This document shows, piece after piece, positions 29,693-43,499 of a DNA stretch of 64,000 nucleotides. The notes beneath the pieces are model-generated. The model made no database searches, was not told the DNA's origin, and saw only the letters and a program-made list of their open reading frames with translations. The first letter of the stretch is position 1. The number at the start of each line of letters is the position of its first letter. Both the position numbers and the translations under genes were made by a program. The stretch is from Legionellales bacterium (GTDB taxonomy: Bacteria; Pseudomonadota; Gammaproteobacteria; M30B25). The stretch covers positions 21,255 to 85,254 of the forward strand of contig JBDOIW010000040.1 of NCBI GenBank assembly GCA_047404175.1, read 5' to 3'.

Positions 29693-30221
29693 TCATTACC
29701 TAACCCTTGTTGATGATGAAGATAATGCTCTAGGTTATGCCCCCAAATACCTTACCCACCAATTAGGACTACGTCACCGTGCTTTTTCTATATTTTTATT
29801 TGACCAAGATAGACCTGACCAGCTCTTACTTCAACAACGTGCTTCGAGCAAGTACCATTGTCCAGAGTTATGGTCCAACACCTGCTGCTCACATCCTTCT
29901 CCTGGTGAGTCTATCACCCATGCATGCAAAAGACGCTTACAGCAAGAGCTCCATATAGAATGTGACCACTATGAAAAAGCCGGTATTCTACTCTACGAGG
30001 CGCAACTTGATAATCAGCTTATTGAACATGAATTTGATCACATCCGCGTTGGTTTTATACAGCATCAAAGCTTTTCACCCAATCATGAGGAGGTGATGCA
30101 GCTTCGCTGGGAAAGCGTCAGCACTATTCAAGACTCGATTGAAGAAAACCCTGAGCAGTTTACCCCTTGGTTTCCTAATGCGTTTTCAATAGCCTGTCGG
30201 TATTTAGGCTTAGCAATTTAA
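29685..30221 (+). CDS. idi: isopentenyl-diphosphate delta-isomerase, type 1 (Nudix)
   Basis: The true start is the internal MPDHYLTLVDDED. It has the NTCCSHP hallmark plus conserved Glu/His residues. Its start overlaps the mvaD stop. Confidence 0.88.
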   Translation: MPDHYLTLVDDEDNALGYAPKYLTHQLGLRHRAFSIFLFDQDRPDQLLLQQRASSKYHCPELWSNTCCSHPSPGESITHACKRRLQQELHIECDHYEKAGILLYEAQLDNQLIEHEFDHIRVGFIQHQSFSPNHEEVMQLRWESVSTIQDSIEENPEQFTPWFPNAFSIACRYLGLAI

Positions 30222-30243
30222 CTCTTGGCATGATTTGATTGAT

Positions 30244-30269
30244 AGATCATAGAGTGCTGATCTCTTTTG
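30244..30269 (+). terminator. weak candidate intrinsic terminator after idi
   Basis: AGATCA-TAGAGTGC-TGATCT followed by CTTTT. The stem is short and the call is by eye. Confidence 0.25.
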
Positions 30270-30296
30270 GCTACTAATGTCCATATAATTCATTGA

Positions 30297-31361
30297 TCAA
30301 GCGATACTTTGTGCGCCCAATTCCATTGCATGAGGATTTTCAATAAGCTCTTCGTGATCTTCATCTCTAGGCTTTTGCTCTCTGCAAAAAAAACTGGGCC
30401 AAGACAGACAAGAGTTTCTTGGTGGACAAAGCTGGCTGCCCATTTCTATCATCACGGCATGCTCCTCTCTTCTTTCTGATACATAGTTTAAAGCATATTT
30501 TATTGCATAATTCGGCACATTATCTTGCAATATATATACTACATTGCTCTTCAGCAGCTCTTGAGTAACTATACGGGATAGTTCAACCCCCTCTTCCAGC
30601 TTTTCAATCTGATCGCCAGAAAGTATGATGCCATAATGCTCCTCTACAATTGTTTTCAACTGCATTAAGTAGGGAGTCTCTTCGTCATAACCACTAGGGG
30701 TGTTGGAGACTGTCGTGGATAGTTTTACTATTTCTTGCTTCACATTATCATGATTATGAGGAAAAATCATAGTGATAAATTGCCCATGAAGTGACTCATC
30801 CGCAAGATGTATCCATAAAAGACTATCTTCTCTATGTCGATTTGAAGAGCCATCTCCAACCACATAGATATTTTTAACACTTTGGTCTCTGTAGAAATAG
30901 TCAGTTAACCTAGTAAGTATACCACTATTAGTAGAATAAGGAGACAACTCACCCTCTTCATCTATCATCTTAGTGAGCGCATGTGAGCAGTTCAAAACAG
31001 CTACAGGACTTCCGTCAAGCCCTTTCACGACTTTAAAGGGACATGATAATGCTGCTTGATTGTAGTTATAAAGTGAATTCTCAAAATCAATTAGCTCTTT
31101 ACTAGGCCCACAAACAAATGCTAGCACCCCGCCAAAGCAGCAAGATAAAACACAAAATAATGGAAAGGCAACAGCCCAATAAGGCCATGGATAATCAGAG
31201 AAAAGAGAAATTGATACGGCAACATAACTAGCCCAAGGTAAGAAACAAACCACTATAGACAAAAGATCACGTATCAATTGAGTATTGGCTACTACCACTA
31301 GCGAAACATGACCATCACCTATTTTTTCGATGAAGCCATCTATTTTTGAAAAAATATTCAT
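30297..31361 (-). CDS. hypothetical membrane protein (2 N-terminal TM segments + ~250-aa soluble domain)
   Basis: The 354-aa ORF has hydrophobic stretches (LVVVANTQLIRDLLSIVVCFLPW and AVAFPLFCVLSCCFGGVLAFVC). It shows no domain similarity. Confidence 0.5.
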   Translation of the reverse strand: MNIFSKIDGFIEKIGDGHVSLVVVANTQLIRDLLSIVVCFLPWASYVAVSISLFSDYPWPYWAVAFPLFCVLSCCFGGVLAFVCGPSKELIDFENSLYNYNQAALSCPFKVVKGLDGSPVAVLNCSHALTKMIDEEGELSPYSTNSGILTRLTDYFYRDQSVKNIYVVGDGSSNRHREDSLLWIHLADESLHGQFITMIFPHNHDNVKQEIVKLSTTVSNTPSGYDEETPYLMQLKTIVEEHYGIILSGDQIEKLEEGVELSRIVTQELLKSNVVYILQDNVPNYAIKYALNYVSERREEHAVMIEMGSQLCPPRNSCLSWPSFFCREQKPRDEDHEELIENPHAMELGAQSIA

Positions 31362-31562
31362 TATGACTCAACATTTATTTTTATAGCATGCAATTCTACA
31401 ACTTTAACGCAAATCAATCAAGTCACTCATCATCATAATGACCTCATTATCTCCCAGGAAAGCCCACGCACTCACAAACATCGTTGCTTGACGTGTCTTT
31501 TCAATAGCCACTGAGTATTTTAGGATTTTTTTATTCCCATCTCAGTCTTATCCCCTTAATGC

Positions 31563-33968
<2,406 letters not shown>

Positions 33969-33979
33969 ATCATTTTCTC

Positions 33980-35602
33980 CTAGTGTGATTGATGCTCAAG
34001 TGCTGCTGTAATAAAGGCGATAAACAAGGGATGAGGATTAAGCGGTTTCGAAAGAAACTCTGGATGAAACTGACAAGCAACAAACCATGGGTGTTCATTG
34101 ATTTCAATCATTTCAACTAAGCCCTCTTGACTAGAACGCCCAGACAATACTAATCCTGCACTCTCTAGCTGATCTGTAAACGCAGGGTTGACTTCATAAC
34201 GATGTCGGTGACGTTCTTCTATCTCGCTTGATTGATAAATTTCAGCTGCAAGTGAATCGGCTGCCAGCTGGCAGCGTTGAGCACCTAAACGCATAGTACC
34301 ACCTTTATTTTCATCCGCTGCTTGCACAAGCGTGACACCTTTGTCATCTTGCCAAGACTGAACGAGCGTAATAACCGCTTGATCAGTTTTTGAAAATTCA
34401 GCACTATTGGCATTAGTGAGCTCACACACGTGACGCGCATATTCAACCACAGCAAGTTGCATACCTAGGCAAATGCCAAAAAATGGAATACGATTTATTC
34501 TTGCATAGTGAATCGCTGCAATTTTCCCCTCAACACCACGCTCACCAAAACCTCCAGGGACTAAGATAGCGTCAACATGAGCGCTCTTTAGAAACTGCAC
34601 TGGATCATTTTCTGCATCAACAAAGACGAGTTCTAGCCGAGCGCGCTGTGAGATAGCAGCATGCTTTAGTGCCTCATTAAGTGACTTATAGGCTTCTTTA
34701 AGCTCAGTGTACTTGCCAATAATGGCCACACTCACCTGATGTTCATGTGATTGTGCGCGTTCGATAAGTTGATACCAGGCCTCAAGTGCAGCATCTTGGC
34801 TAGAGACCTTGAGCTTATCAAGAATAAGCTTGTCTACGGCTTGCTCGTATAGCAAAATAGGCAACTCATAGATATTATCGATATCAGGCAGTGAAATAAC
34901 CGCCTCAGAGCCAACGTTTGTAAACAATGATATTTTATTTTTAGAAGTTTCATCGAGTACGTGCTTTGTTCGACAAAAAATAAGATCTGGCTGAATTCCC
35001 AATGACCGTAACTCTTTCACTGAGTGCTGTGTAGGTTTGGTTTTAATCTCTCCACTCACGTCCATAAAAGGCACCAAGGTAAGATGGAGATAAAGAGAGT
35101 TATCCTGACCTACTTCACAACGAAGTTGACGAATAGCTTCAAGAAAAGGTAAGGACTCAATATCACCTACTGTGCCGCCTATTTCAACAAGTAAAAAATC
35201 CAATTCACTGGTGAGTGCACGTTTGATTTTGCTGATGATCATGTCTGTGATGTGAGGTATAACCTGGATTGTTTCCCCTAAATAGTCACCCTTGCGTTCT
35301 TTTTGAATAACTTCAGCATAAATTTGACCTGTCGTAAAATTATTATCTGCTGTCATGGTGGATGAAACATAGCGCTCATAATGACCAAGATCTAGATCCG
35401 TTTCTGCCCCGTCATGAGTCACAAACACTTCACCATGTTGAAATGGGCTCATAGTACCTGGATCTACGTTAATATAGGGATCTAGTTTCATCATAGAAAC
35501 ACTGAAACCGCGCGACTCAATAACCGCACCCAATGCTGCTGCTGTAAGACCCTTACCTAAGGATGAAACCACTCCACCAGTAATAAACAAAATTTTTGTC
35601 AT
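33980..35602 (-). CDS. pyrG: CTP synthase
   Basis: It has [18 protein letters not shown] and a glutamine amidotransferase C-domain (GICLGMQ). Confidence 0.95.
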   Translation of the reverse strand: MTKILFITGGVVSSLGKGLTAAALGAVIESRGFSVSMMKLDPYINVDPGTMSPFQHGEVFVTHDGAETDLDLGHYERYVSSTMTADNNFTTGQIYAEVIQKERKGDYLGETIQVIPHITDMIISKIKRALTSELDFLLVEIGGTVGDIESLPFLEAIRQLRCEVGQDNSLYLHLTLVPFMDVSGEIKTKPTQHSVKELRSLGIQPDLIFCRTKHVLDETSKNKISLFTNVGSEAVISLPDIDNIYELPILLYEQAVDKLILDKLKVSSQDAALEAWYQLIERAQSHEHQVSVAIIGKYTELKEAYKSLNEALKHAAISQRARLELVFVDAENDPVQFLKSAHVDAILVPGGFGERGVEGKIAAIHYARINRIPFFGICLGMQLAVVEYARHVCELTNANSAEFSKTDQAVITLVQSWQDDKGVTLVQAADENKGGTMRLGAQRCQLAADSLAAEIYQSSEIEERHRHRYEVNPAFTDQLESAGLVLSGRSSQEGLVEMIEINEHPWFVACQFHPEFLSKPLNPHPLFIAFITAALEHQSH

Positions 35603-35754
35603 GAAACCCGCTATTTTTCTCTTGTATAACGGATTTTAATCATACCAGATTTTATATATTTCTCAAGCTAATCCTTAACGAAACCAAAATTTACCCCCAG
35701 ATAAAAAAACCGTATTTTTACTTGCTAAATCTTATCAAGCCATTGTAAAATAGA

Positions 35755-36276
35755 ATGATTATGCAAGATGATCCCCTAGATGATTTAGGCGCAACCCAAA
35801 AAATCACGCACAAGCGCCATCACTACTCAGAGCCTTCGCCTTTGATTCCTCGTCATTCTAGTGACCCATTAGAAGCCAGAGATCAATCTTGCAACCCACA
35901 TCACACACCGATCCCATCAAGTGGCCTTGATGAAATTTTCTACCTTCGAGAACCATCACTACAAAACCAATGTAAAGGGTGGAAGAAAAAAGCACTTCAA
36001 TCTCACCTCACATGCGATTTACACGAATTAACCCTTGTTCAAGCTGAAAAAAAAGTAGAAGACTATCTTATTAAAGCTAATTCCCTAGGCTATTCTGCCC
36101 TCTTATTCATTCATGGGAAGGCAAGGCACAGCCCTGTTGCAGCTCTTAAGTCTCAACTCGCAGGTCAGCTTCAATCTCACCCCCGTGTTCTTGCTTACTG
36201 GTCTGCTCCAGCAAGCCATGGCGGCACCGGCGCACTATTCTGTTTCATTCAAAATAATAAGGAAGATCATGTCTGA
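35755..36276 (+). CDS. Smr-domain protein (SmrA/YdaL-like)
   Basis: The C-terminal roughly 80 aa, [19 protein letters not shown]...[11 protein letters not shown]...GGTGALF, match the Smr domain. Confidence 0.7.
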   Translation: MIMQDDPLDDLGATQKITHKRHHYSEPSPLIPRHSSDPLEARDQSCNPHHTPIPSSGLDEIFYLREPSLQNQCKGWKKKALQSHLTCDLHELTLVQAEKKVEDYLIKANSLGYSALLFIHGKARHSPVAALKSQLAGQLQSHPRVLAYWSAPASHGGTGALFCFIQNNKEDHV

Positions 36277-36901
36277 CAAAACCATTATCATTGGTATTTC
36301 TGGTGCTTCTGCATCAGGTAAAAGCCTACTCGCAAACACGATAGTCAACGAATTAGGCTCTAGGCATGTTGTGGTGATTTCTGAAGATTCTTACTATAAA
36401 GACAATCAGCACTTAAGTATGGAAGAACGGGCACGCATCAATTTTGATCATCCAGACTCACTTGATCACGCACTTCTCATAGAGCATCTTGCTAAATTAC
36501 GCAACAATGAGGCCATTGAAGTCCCCCGGTATGATTTTGCCCAACATCAAAGGTTAGAAACAACAACCACAGTTAGTAATCACCGCATTGTGGTTTTAGA
36601 GGGAATTCTTTTGCTTTTTGATCAAGCTCTTCGTGATCTTATGGACATACGCCTATTCATGGACACCCCGCTTGATATCTGCTTACTTCGCCGTATCAAG
36701 CGAGACGTTCTCGAAAGAGAACGTTCATTTGATTCAGTCCTAGAACAATATAGCCGTACAGTCCGCCCCATGTACCTACAGTTTATCGAGCCGTCAAAAC
36801 GTTATGCAGATATCATTATCCCTCGAGGAGGAGAGAATAGGATTGCCATCGATCTTATCAAAGCTAAAATTAAAGAATTACTTCAACATGAACACAACTA
36901 A
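36269..36901 (+). CDS. udk: uridine kinase
   Basis: It starts at the internal [19 protein letters not shown] (P-loop). AAGGAAG lies upstream. Confidence 0.88.
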   Translation: MSDKTIIIGISGASASGKSLLANTIVNELGSRHVVVISEDSYYKDNQHLSMEERARINFDHPDSLDHALLIEHLAKLRNNEAIEVPRYDFAQHQRLETTTTVSNHRIVVLEGILLLFDQALRDLMDIRLFMDTPLDICLLRRIKRDVLERERSFDSVLEQYSRTVRPMYLQFIEPSKRYADIIIPRGGENRIAIDLIKAKIKELLQHEHN

Positions 36902-37979
36902 AATATCCATCGGCTTGTCCGGCGGAGTCGACTCCTCAGTCACAGCCCACTTATTACAAATGTCCTATTCGGTTGATGCATTTTTTATGAAAAACTGGGA
37001 ATCTGACACAGAAAATTGTACTAGCGAAGAAGACTTTCATTCCGCAAAAGAAGTAGCGAAGCACCTAGGCATTGATCTCCATCCAGTTAATTTTAGCTCA
37101 GCCTACTGGGACAATGTCTTTCAAGTGTGTCTTGATCAATTAGCGCTTGGGCAAACCCCCAATCCTGACATTCTATGTAACGAAAAAATAAAATTCTCAG
37201 CCTTCCTTGATCATGCGTTAGACCAAGGCGCTAGTAAAATTGCCACGGGACATTATGCGAGAGTGATTGAGAGTGATGAGGGATTTACCCTAAGACAAGC
37301 AAAGGACCGATTTAAAGATCAAACCTATTTCCTTTATCGACTTAACCAAAGACAACTCTCTCATTGCTTATTTCCACTAGGCAACTATCTAAAATCTGAA
37401 GTAAGAACCATCGCTAAGAAAGCAAATATTCCCAGTGCAAACCGCAAAGACAGCACAGGCATATGTTTCATTGGTGAACAAAAGTACACCCCATTTATTC
37501 GCTCATTTCTACTCACTCATCCTGGCACTATTGTCACAGAATCTGGAGTAGCCATTGGCGAGCATCAAGGCTGCGCACTCTTTACTATTGGCCAACGCAA
37601 AGGGCTTGCCATAGGAGGAGTAAAGGGCGCAGAGGCAAAGCCTTGGTACGTTATTGGCAAAGACCAGACCTCCAATACTGTTATCGTTTCTCAGAATGAG
37701 CAACATCCAGCGCTATGGTCAACTCAGCTCGATGTCTGCCAGGCGCACTGGATCTCACAGGCGCCAAAAGATAAGCAAGCCGTCACAGTCAAGATACGTC
37801 ACGGACAAGCCCAGACACCTGCAACACTCCAAAACATTCAAGACGACCTATTCTCAGTAGAATTAGAGCGTCCCGTGTGGGCACCTTGCCCCGGTCAATC
37901 CGTGGTGGTTTATCAAGATGACCAGTGTCTAGGTGGGGGTTTACTGAAGCACTACCAAGGAGCGCTTACACGTGCATAG
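36888..37979 (+). CDS. mnmA: tRNA-specific 2-thiouridylase MnmA
   Basis: It starts at the internal [18 protein letters not shown] (PP-loop). The catalytic Cys region is present. Confidence 0.9.
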   Translation: MNTTKISIGLSGGVDSSVTAHLLQMSYSVDAFFMKNWESDTENCTSEEDFHSAKEVAKHLGIDLHPVNFSSAYWDNVFQVCLDQLALGQTPNPDILCNEKIKFSAFLDHALDQGASKIATGHYARVIESDEGFTLRQAKDRFKDQTYFLYRLNQRQLSHCLFPLGNYLKSEVRTIAKKANIPSANRKDSTGICFIGEQKYTPFIRSFLLTHPGTIVTESGVAIGEHQGCALFTIGQRKGLAIGGVKGAEAKPWYVIGKDQTSNTVIVSQNEQHPALWSTQLDVCQAHWISQAPKDKQAVTVKIRHGQAQTPATLQNIQDDLFSVELERPVWAPCPGQSVVVYQDDQCLGGGLLKHYQGALTRA

Positions 37980-40900
37980 CAACGCTTTACTCTTTGAACT
38001 TATGCAGTCCCAAGGGACACATCTTGTTGTCATCGATGACCCAAAAGATACTCAAGCACTAGTACAGCAAGCTGCTGCCTTAGACCCTCAACAAAAACGT
38101 CTTATTTTTTTTCCTGACTGGCAAACCCTACCTTATGATACTACTCTACCTGCAAGTAACGTGATTGCCACAAGACTCAAAGCGCTGCACCAACTTGCAC
38201 AACCTCGCAATCGCATTGTAATTATTCCATTTCATGCGCTCATCATGCATACACCACCCCCAGAATTTATTCATGGCCACCACTTTCAACTTAGACAAAA
38301 TCAAGAATACTCCCTAGAACAACTTAAATCACAATTAAGGCTATCCAACTATAGTGAATCTTCACTAGTCACTGAACCTGGCACCTATTCGGTAAGAGGC
38401 TCTTTGATCGATGTTTTCATTAACGGTCTGAAAAAGCCTATTCGTATTGACTTTTTTGATGACACTATTGAAAGTTTACATACCTTTTCGCCCAAAACTC
38501 AACTTTCACAAGAAGCCATTGAGTCTATTGAATGCCTACCCGGCTCAGAATACGACCTTAGTCTAGAGTCTATTGCGTTATTTCGTAGCCACTGGCGCTC
38601 TAGCATGGACACAACGAATCATCGTCTCTACAAAAGTGTCACAAAAGGTCACAACCTTCCTGAATTAATTCAATATATGCCCTTTTTCCACGACAAGGCT
38701 TCGAGTATTTTTGACTTCCTTCCTCAAGACACTCTGTGTCATTTTATAGGAAAAAACCCTATCGAAGCCTGCAGAGAACACGACAAGCTTATTGAGGACC
38801 GATATAGAGATGCACGCTATAGAATTGACCTTCTCCCTATTCCCCCCTCATCACTTTACCTCAATGCTGATCAGCTTGAAAAGACTCTAACCTCCTTTAC
38901 TTGCCACGCTTATAACTGCTTAGAAAGACCACAAAGCAAGCTTGATTTGGCAAATGAAATCAGTAGCAAAAAAACAGTAGTCGCAATTCAAAGCCAAGCA
39001 CGCCAACAACTACTTATCCAGCAGCTAAAGGGGAAAAACTTTGATACGTGTGAAGATTGGCATGGCGCTGTGCAATCACAAGCACCCATAAGCATTGTAG
39101 CAATCAATATGGCTGTTGGCTTTCACCATCCCAAGCTTCGTTTAGTGGTTGAAAATGATTGCTTTGAACAAAGCAAATTACCTCAAAACAGCAATGACTC
39201 CGATGAAACAACAGAGACCCCCATTCATGAGATGACCGAAGGAGATCTCATAGTTCATGTTGAGCACGGTATTGGCATCTACAAGGGACTTGAAACTGTG
39301 ACAGTCAACCAGCTCGCACAAGAGTTTGTTGTGATTCACTACCACAACCAAGATAAGCTTTACTTACCTATTGCACAATTACGATTAATCCAGCCTTATT
39401 TAGGTCTTAACCCTGAACTAGTAGAACTCGATACGCTCGGCAGTGGGAAATGGCTAAAAAAGAGAAAAAAAGCTGAGAAAAAAATTGAAGATATTGCAGC
39501 AAAGTTACTCCTAGTTTACGCAGAAAGAGCAAAGCGAAAAGGGATAAGCCATACCATAGCAGCTGAAGAACAACACTCTTTTTATGCCACATGTGATTTT
39601 GATCTGACCCCAGACCAAGAAAAAGCAACACAAACCATTCTTCAAGATCTTAAGGCATCTAAGCCGATGGAACGACTACTCTGTGCTGACGTTGGATTTG
39701 GCAAAACTGAAGTTGCCATGCGCGCTTGCTTTGCAGTAGCTACAGGCGGTCATCAAATTATTGTACTTGTTCCAACCACCCTTCTTGCTGAACAACATTA
39801 CCGTAGTTTTAGTGAGAGGTTTCATAATTTTCCAATCCAAGTATCTCTACTCACTCGGCACAATTCTAACAAGCAACGTCATGCCCTACTGGATGACTGG
39901 GATAAGGGCAAAACCACTATTCTCATTACAACTCATATCATTCTTAATCAAACAATTGCAACCGACCACCTAGGTTTAGTAGTCATTGATGAAGAGCACC
40001 GTTTTGGTGTAAAACAAAAGGAAAAACTTAAGTCATTAAAAGCTGAAGTTGATATCCTTTCACTCACAGCAACGCCTATCCCAAGAACGCTTCACCTCTC
40101 CTTATCAGGGCTTAAGGACATCAGTCTAATTCAAACACCACCAAAAATAAGAATCCCACCTATCTCGTTTGTACATCGACAGCAAGACAAACTGATTCAA
40201 GAAGCGCTTAGTCGAGAACTACTAAGAGGGGGCCAGGCTTTTTATCTTCACAATCGAGTTAGCACAATCGAGATGACCGCTCAACACCTACAGTCTTTAT
40301 TACCTAATGCACGAATCGCTGTGATCCATGGCCAAATGGCTGAGCAATCAGCAGAAACCATGATGCTAGATTTTATTCAGCATCGCTATGATATTCTTGT
40401 CTGTACAACCATTATAGAATCGGGCATTGATATTCCTAATGCCAATACGATTATAATCGAACGCGCAGATAAACTAGGACTTGCACAGCTCCATCAAATT
40501 CGTGGACGCGTAGGCCGCTCTGATCGCCAAGCTTATGCGTATTTCCTCACACCAAATGAAGGCGACATTGCAAAAGATGCTCAACGAAGGCTTAAGGCCA
40601 TTGAGCGAGCTTCGACGCTTGGTGCTGGCTACCAAATAGCAAGTGAAGATCTAGATATCCGGGGCACAGGTGAAATCTTAGGTGACGAACAAAGTGGTCA
40701 TGCCGGCATGATTGGACTGAATCTTTACCATGAACTGCTTGAAGAAGCGATTCAGTCAGAATCAGATGAATCACCTTTGAAAAAATCTAGTCATGCACTT
40801 ACCGACATTGAACTACCAGTAACCACGGCCATTCCAACTGACTATATGCCTTCACCTATGCTACGCCTAGAATTTTATCGGAAAGTTCAGGCATGTGATG

Positions 40901-41241
40901 ATCAAACAGCCCTATTTGATCTACGAGAACAAATGCGCGATCGCTTTGGGCCGCTTCCAGAACCTTGCACCATGCTCTTTCAAGTGAGACGCTACCAAAA
41001 CCAGTGCCAAACCCTTGGCATCAAAAAGATTAAAGGCAACAGGAAGGCCATCACAATCTATCTAGATCCCAAAGCCAGTATCAATACAGATCAATTAATT
41101 CACCTTATCCAAAACGAAAGTCAACACTATCAATTGATTCATCAAACACAGTTGCGCTGCTTACTTGGCGATGGTAGTCTCAACCATAGTATTTGTCGCT
41201 GCCTTGACTATGTGCTAAAGGCACTAACACTGGAGAAATAA
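37972..41241 (+). CDS. mfd: transcription-repair coupling factor
   Basis: It has helicase motifs (DVGFGKTEVAMRA, DEEHRFG, TATPIPRT). The start is GTG and overlaps the mnmA stop. Confidence 0.93.
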   Translation: MHSNALLFELMQSQGTHLVVIDDPKDTQALVQQAAALDPQQKRLIFFPDWQTLPYDTTLPASNVIATRLKALHQLAQPRNRIVIIPFHALIMHTPPPEFIHGHHFQLRQNQEYSLEQLKSQLRLSNYSESSLVTEPGTYSVRGSLIDVFINGLKKPIRIDFFDDTIESLHTFSPKTQLSQEAIESIECLPGSEYDLSLESIALFRSHWRSSMDTTNHRLYKSVTKGHNLPELIQYMPFFHDKASSIFDFLPQDTLCHFIGKNPIEACREHDKLIEDRYRDARYRIDLLPIPPSSLYLNADQLEKTLTSFTCHAYNCLERPQSKLDLANEISSKKTVVAIQSQARQQLLIQQLKGKNFDTCEDWHGAVQSQAPISIVAINMAVGFHHPKLRLVVENDCFEQSKLPQNSNDSDETTETPIHEMTEGDLIVHVEHGIGIYKGLETVTVNQLAQEFVVIHYHNQDKLYLPIAQLRLIQPYLGLNPELVELDTLGSGKWLKKRKKAEKKIEDIAAKLLLVYAERAKRKGISHTIAAEEQHSFYATCDFDLTPDQEKATQTILQDLKASKPMERLLCADVGFGKTEVAMRACFAVATGGHQIIVLVPTTLLAEQHYRSFSERFHNFPIQVSLLTRHNSNKQRHALLDDWDKGKTTILITTHIILNQTIATDHLGLVVIDEEHRFGVKQKEKLKSLKAEVDILSLTATPIPRTLHLSLSGLKDISLIQTPPKIRIPPISFVHRQQDKLIQEALSRELLRGGQAFYLHNRVSTIEMTAQHLQSLLPNARIAVIHGQMAEQSAETMMLDFIQHRYDILVCTTIIESGIDIPNANTIIIERADKLGLAQLHQIRGRVGRSDRQAYAYFLTPNEGDIAKDAQRRLKAIERASTLGAGYQIASEDLDIRGTGEILGDEQSGHAGMIGLNLYHELLEEAIQSESDESPLKKSSHALTDIELPVTTAIPTDYMPSPMLRLEFYRKVQACDDQTALFDLREQMRDRFGPLPEPCTMLFQVRRYQNQCQTLGIKKIKGNRKAITIYLDPKASINTDQLIHLIQNESQHYQLIHQTQLRCLLGDGSLNHSICRCLDYVLKALTLEK

Positions 41242-41793
41242 GTGAAAAAAACAATCATGCTCATAGGCCTTAGTTTTATTCTGCTCCCTGCATATGGTAA
41301 AACAGTCGATGTAATGGAGCTTATGATTTTCCAGCAACACAAACCAACTCATATCACTGCCTACAGCTACCCAGAGCTTCCTAGCAGCATAGCTTTGCAA
41401 AAAGCCATTAGTCCGAACATAGAAACGATCGAAACAGGAGCCCATGCAAAGCTATTCTCACGCCTGCAAGAAAGAGGAAAATTCGAGCCTCTCTGGTCCG
41501 GCGTATGGGAACAAGACCAAGCGCCTATGCTCCATGAGATCAAAGCATCACCACTCAAACTGTGGCTAAAAACCAATCACACGAGCCCTCGCACATTAAG
41601 TTTTTATCTTATTGAGAACGACCATGTGATATCCTATATCACCCATCCACTTCAATATAGCAAACCACTCTATATTGATCATCCTAACTATGGCATGGTC
41701 CTTGTGATGACAAAAAAGCATGTGGAAGAAGATGAAAGCACTCTATTGACAACCGGTGAGAATGAAGATTCTAGTGAAATGACTTCTGATTAA
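41242..41793 (+). CDS. hypothetical exported protein
   Basis: The start is GTG with a GGAG SD, and a signal peptide is present (MKKTIMLIGLSFILLPAYG). The C-terminal tail is acidic. No domain was recognised. Confidence 0.55.
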   Translation: MKKTIMLIGLSFILLPAYGKTVDVMELMIFQQHKPTHITAYSYPELPSSIALQKAISPNIETIETGAHAKLFSRLQERGKFEPLWSGVWEQDQAPMLHEIKASPLKLWLKTNHTSPRTLSFYLIENDHVISYITHPLQYSKPLYIDHPNYGMVLVMTKKHVEEDESTLLTTGENEDSSEMTSD

Positions 41794-41944
41794 TCATGTC
41801 TTAACATGGCAGTCATGATTAGCAAAAGAAAATTTTTTGTTTACTCTAGTTTTGAAGGACAAAACCTAATGACAGCTAATTATATTAATATTTTGTCTAG
41901 GTGAGTGTTATTTAATACGATGCGTTGAACTACTCGAAGTTAAA

Positions 41945-42145
41945 TTAACCAAATTTCTCACTGAACTTGCTAACTCGATCATCAACACGAACTTGTTTTT
42001 GGTTACCTGTGTAAAATGGATGACAATTAGAGCAGATATCAACCTGCATTTCAGCACTTGGGTAAGCCGATCGTGTTACGAGCACATTACCACAACGACA
42101 GCTAATCGTGACTTGATGGTATTTAGGATGGCCTTCTGCTTTCAT
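41945..42145 (-). CDS. rpmE: 50S ribosomal protein L31
   Basis: MKAEGHPKYHQVTISCRCGN...CSNCHPFYTG is the L31 zinc-ribbon signature. Confidence 0.92.
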   Translation of the reverse strand: MKAEGHPKYHQVTISCRCGNVLVTRSAYPSAEMQVDICSNCHPFYTGNQKQVRVDDRVSKFSEKFG

Positions 42146-42216
42146 GATGCTATCTCCAGAAAAAAATGCATTATAACGTCAACATAGGAAAATTGCAAGT
42201 TATGAGCCACTAGTTT

Positions 42217-43434
42217 TTACTGCTTATCAAGCATATCACCAGATAGGTTGACCACAAAGGATCTATCAGAAAGCTCATAGGTATTTTCATCCAAGTCCAT
42301 AGTAATAGCAGAAACTAGCTGACAAATAGTATGCTCAGAATTTTCAGCACAAGGGGTCTCCCACTTAAGACTAGCTTTTCCACGAAGCGCTTGGTCGACA
42401 AGTTGAGCAAAGATAAAGTTCTCAGTAAACTCATACTGATCATCAACATCTAATCCAAGCTCTGCAGCCAGCTCTACACCTTCACCGTTGAAGGATAGGC
42501 TTGCATCGATATCTAATTTCACATCTTGAAGAGCCTTCACCTTGTCCTCAATATGCAAAGACTGCAAGGCCTCAGCATCATAGTGTGGCATTACAGCTTT
42601 AGCAGAAATATCAAGAGACTCAATTGTATTTGCAACTCCTTGCATATCTTGGAACCCAATAGAGTCAGCCGTCACACTTGTTTCACTTGTCAACACACCC
42701 TCTTTATTAGTATCTAATACACCATCCAGTGATAAATTATCAATGCTAAATGGACCTGATTTGATACGATCAATTTGGTAGCTAGCGCTCAATTTCATAT
42801 GGTCTCCCATGTATAAAAGCCCCATAGGATGAGAAAATTCAAAGAGTGCATTATCTACAAAAATCGGTTGCCCCTCATAGTCCCCACTCACCTGATCCAA
42901 ATGAATGGAGCTATCAGTAAGAGTAAACTCCTTGTTATTCCAGTGACTCTGGTAGTCAGCGCCGAGAGATGCATCCATTGTCAAGCCAGGCACACTGCCA
43001 GACAAACTTGCCTCGAGCTTCCCTGAATGAAGGAAGTGGTGGCGTAGATTTATAGCCACGCTTATCTCCTCAAACACAGGGAGGTCATAATGCACACCAA
43101 ACAGACCTGACACAAACTCTCGATCACCATTAGCCTTTTTCTCAAACCAGAATGGCCCGTGATGAACATCAAAACTAATGACGAGAGGATCGGTGTGGGC
43201 ATGGCTATCATCGCTGATGCCGGCTTCAATTGTTGTATAAAATAGGTGTCTTTTTTTCTTAAGCACGGTCACTGATAGGGAAGCAGCATCGAGCTGTCCT
43301 GTTGCCTTCATAGCACTACTCACCATACCCGTTAAAAAGGTATCTATATGACGATCAACTGTGTGGCCAACTAGATAAGACGAACCCGCAATGATGCCAA
43401 GAGTTAGACCTGATACTATAGCTATTTTTTTCAT
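42217..43434 (-). CDS. YdgA-like (DUF945) exported protein
   Basis: It has an N-terminal TM/signal segment and shows similarity to E. coli YdgA, including the DHGPF block. Confidence 0.55.
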   Translation of the reverse strand: MKKIAIVSGLTLGIIAGSSYLVGHTVDRHIDTFLTGMVSSAMKATGQLDAASLSVTVLKKKRHLFYTTIEAGISDDSHAHTDPLVISFDVHHGPFWFEKKANGDREFVSGLFGVHYDLPVFEEISVAINLRHHFLHSGKLEASLSGSVPGLTMDASLGADYQSHWNNKEFTLTDSSIHLDQVSGDYEGQPIFVDNALFEFSHPMGLLYMGDHMKLSASYQIDRIKSGPFSIDNLSLDGVLDTNKEGVLTSETSVTADSIGFQDMQGVANTIESLDISAKAVMPHYDAEALQSLHIEDKVKALQDVKLDIDASLSFNGEGVELAAELGLDVDDQYEFTENFIFAQLVDQALRGKASLKWETPCAENSEHTICQLVSAITMDLDENTYELSDRSFVVNLSGDMLDKQ

Positions 43435-43499
43435 ATGCCCTTGTGATACTTGATTTACAATTTCACTATAGTAAATGCGTTAGCTGAAAGCAACACACT

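Noticed and set aside
24395-30221. MVA operon as a tRNA-integrated genomic island
   Set aside because: No integrase, no direct repeat of the tRNA 3' end, and the operon lies on the 5' side of tRNA-Val rather than at its 3' end. Horizontal origin is plausible, but a classical tRNA-targeted island is not supported.
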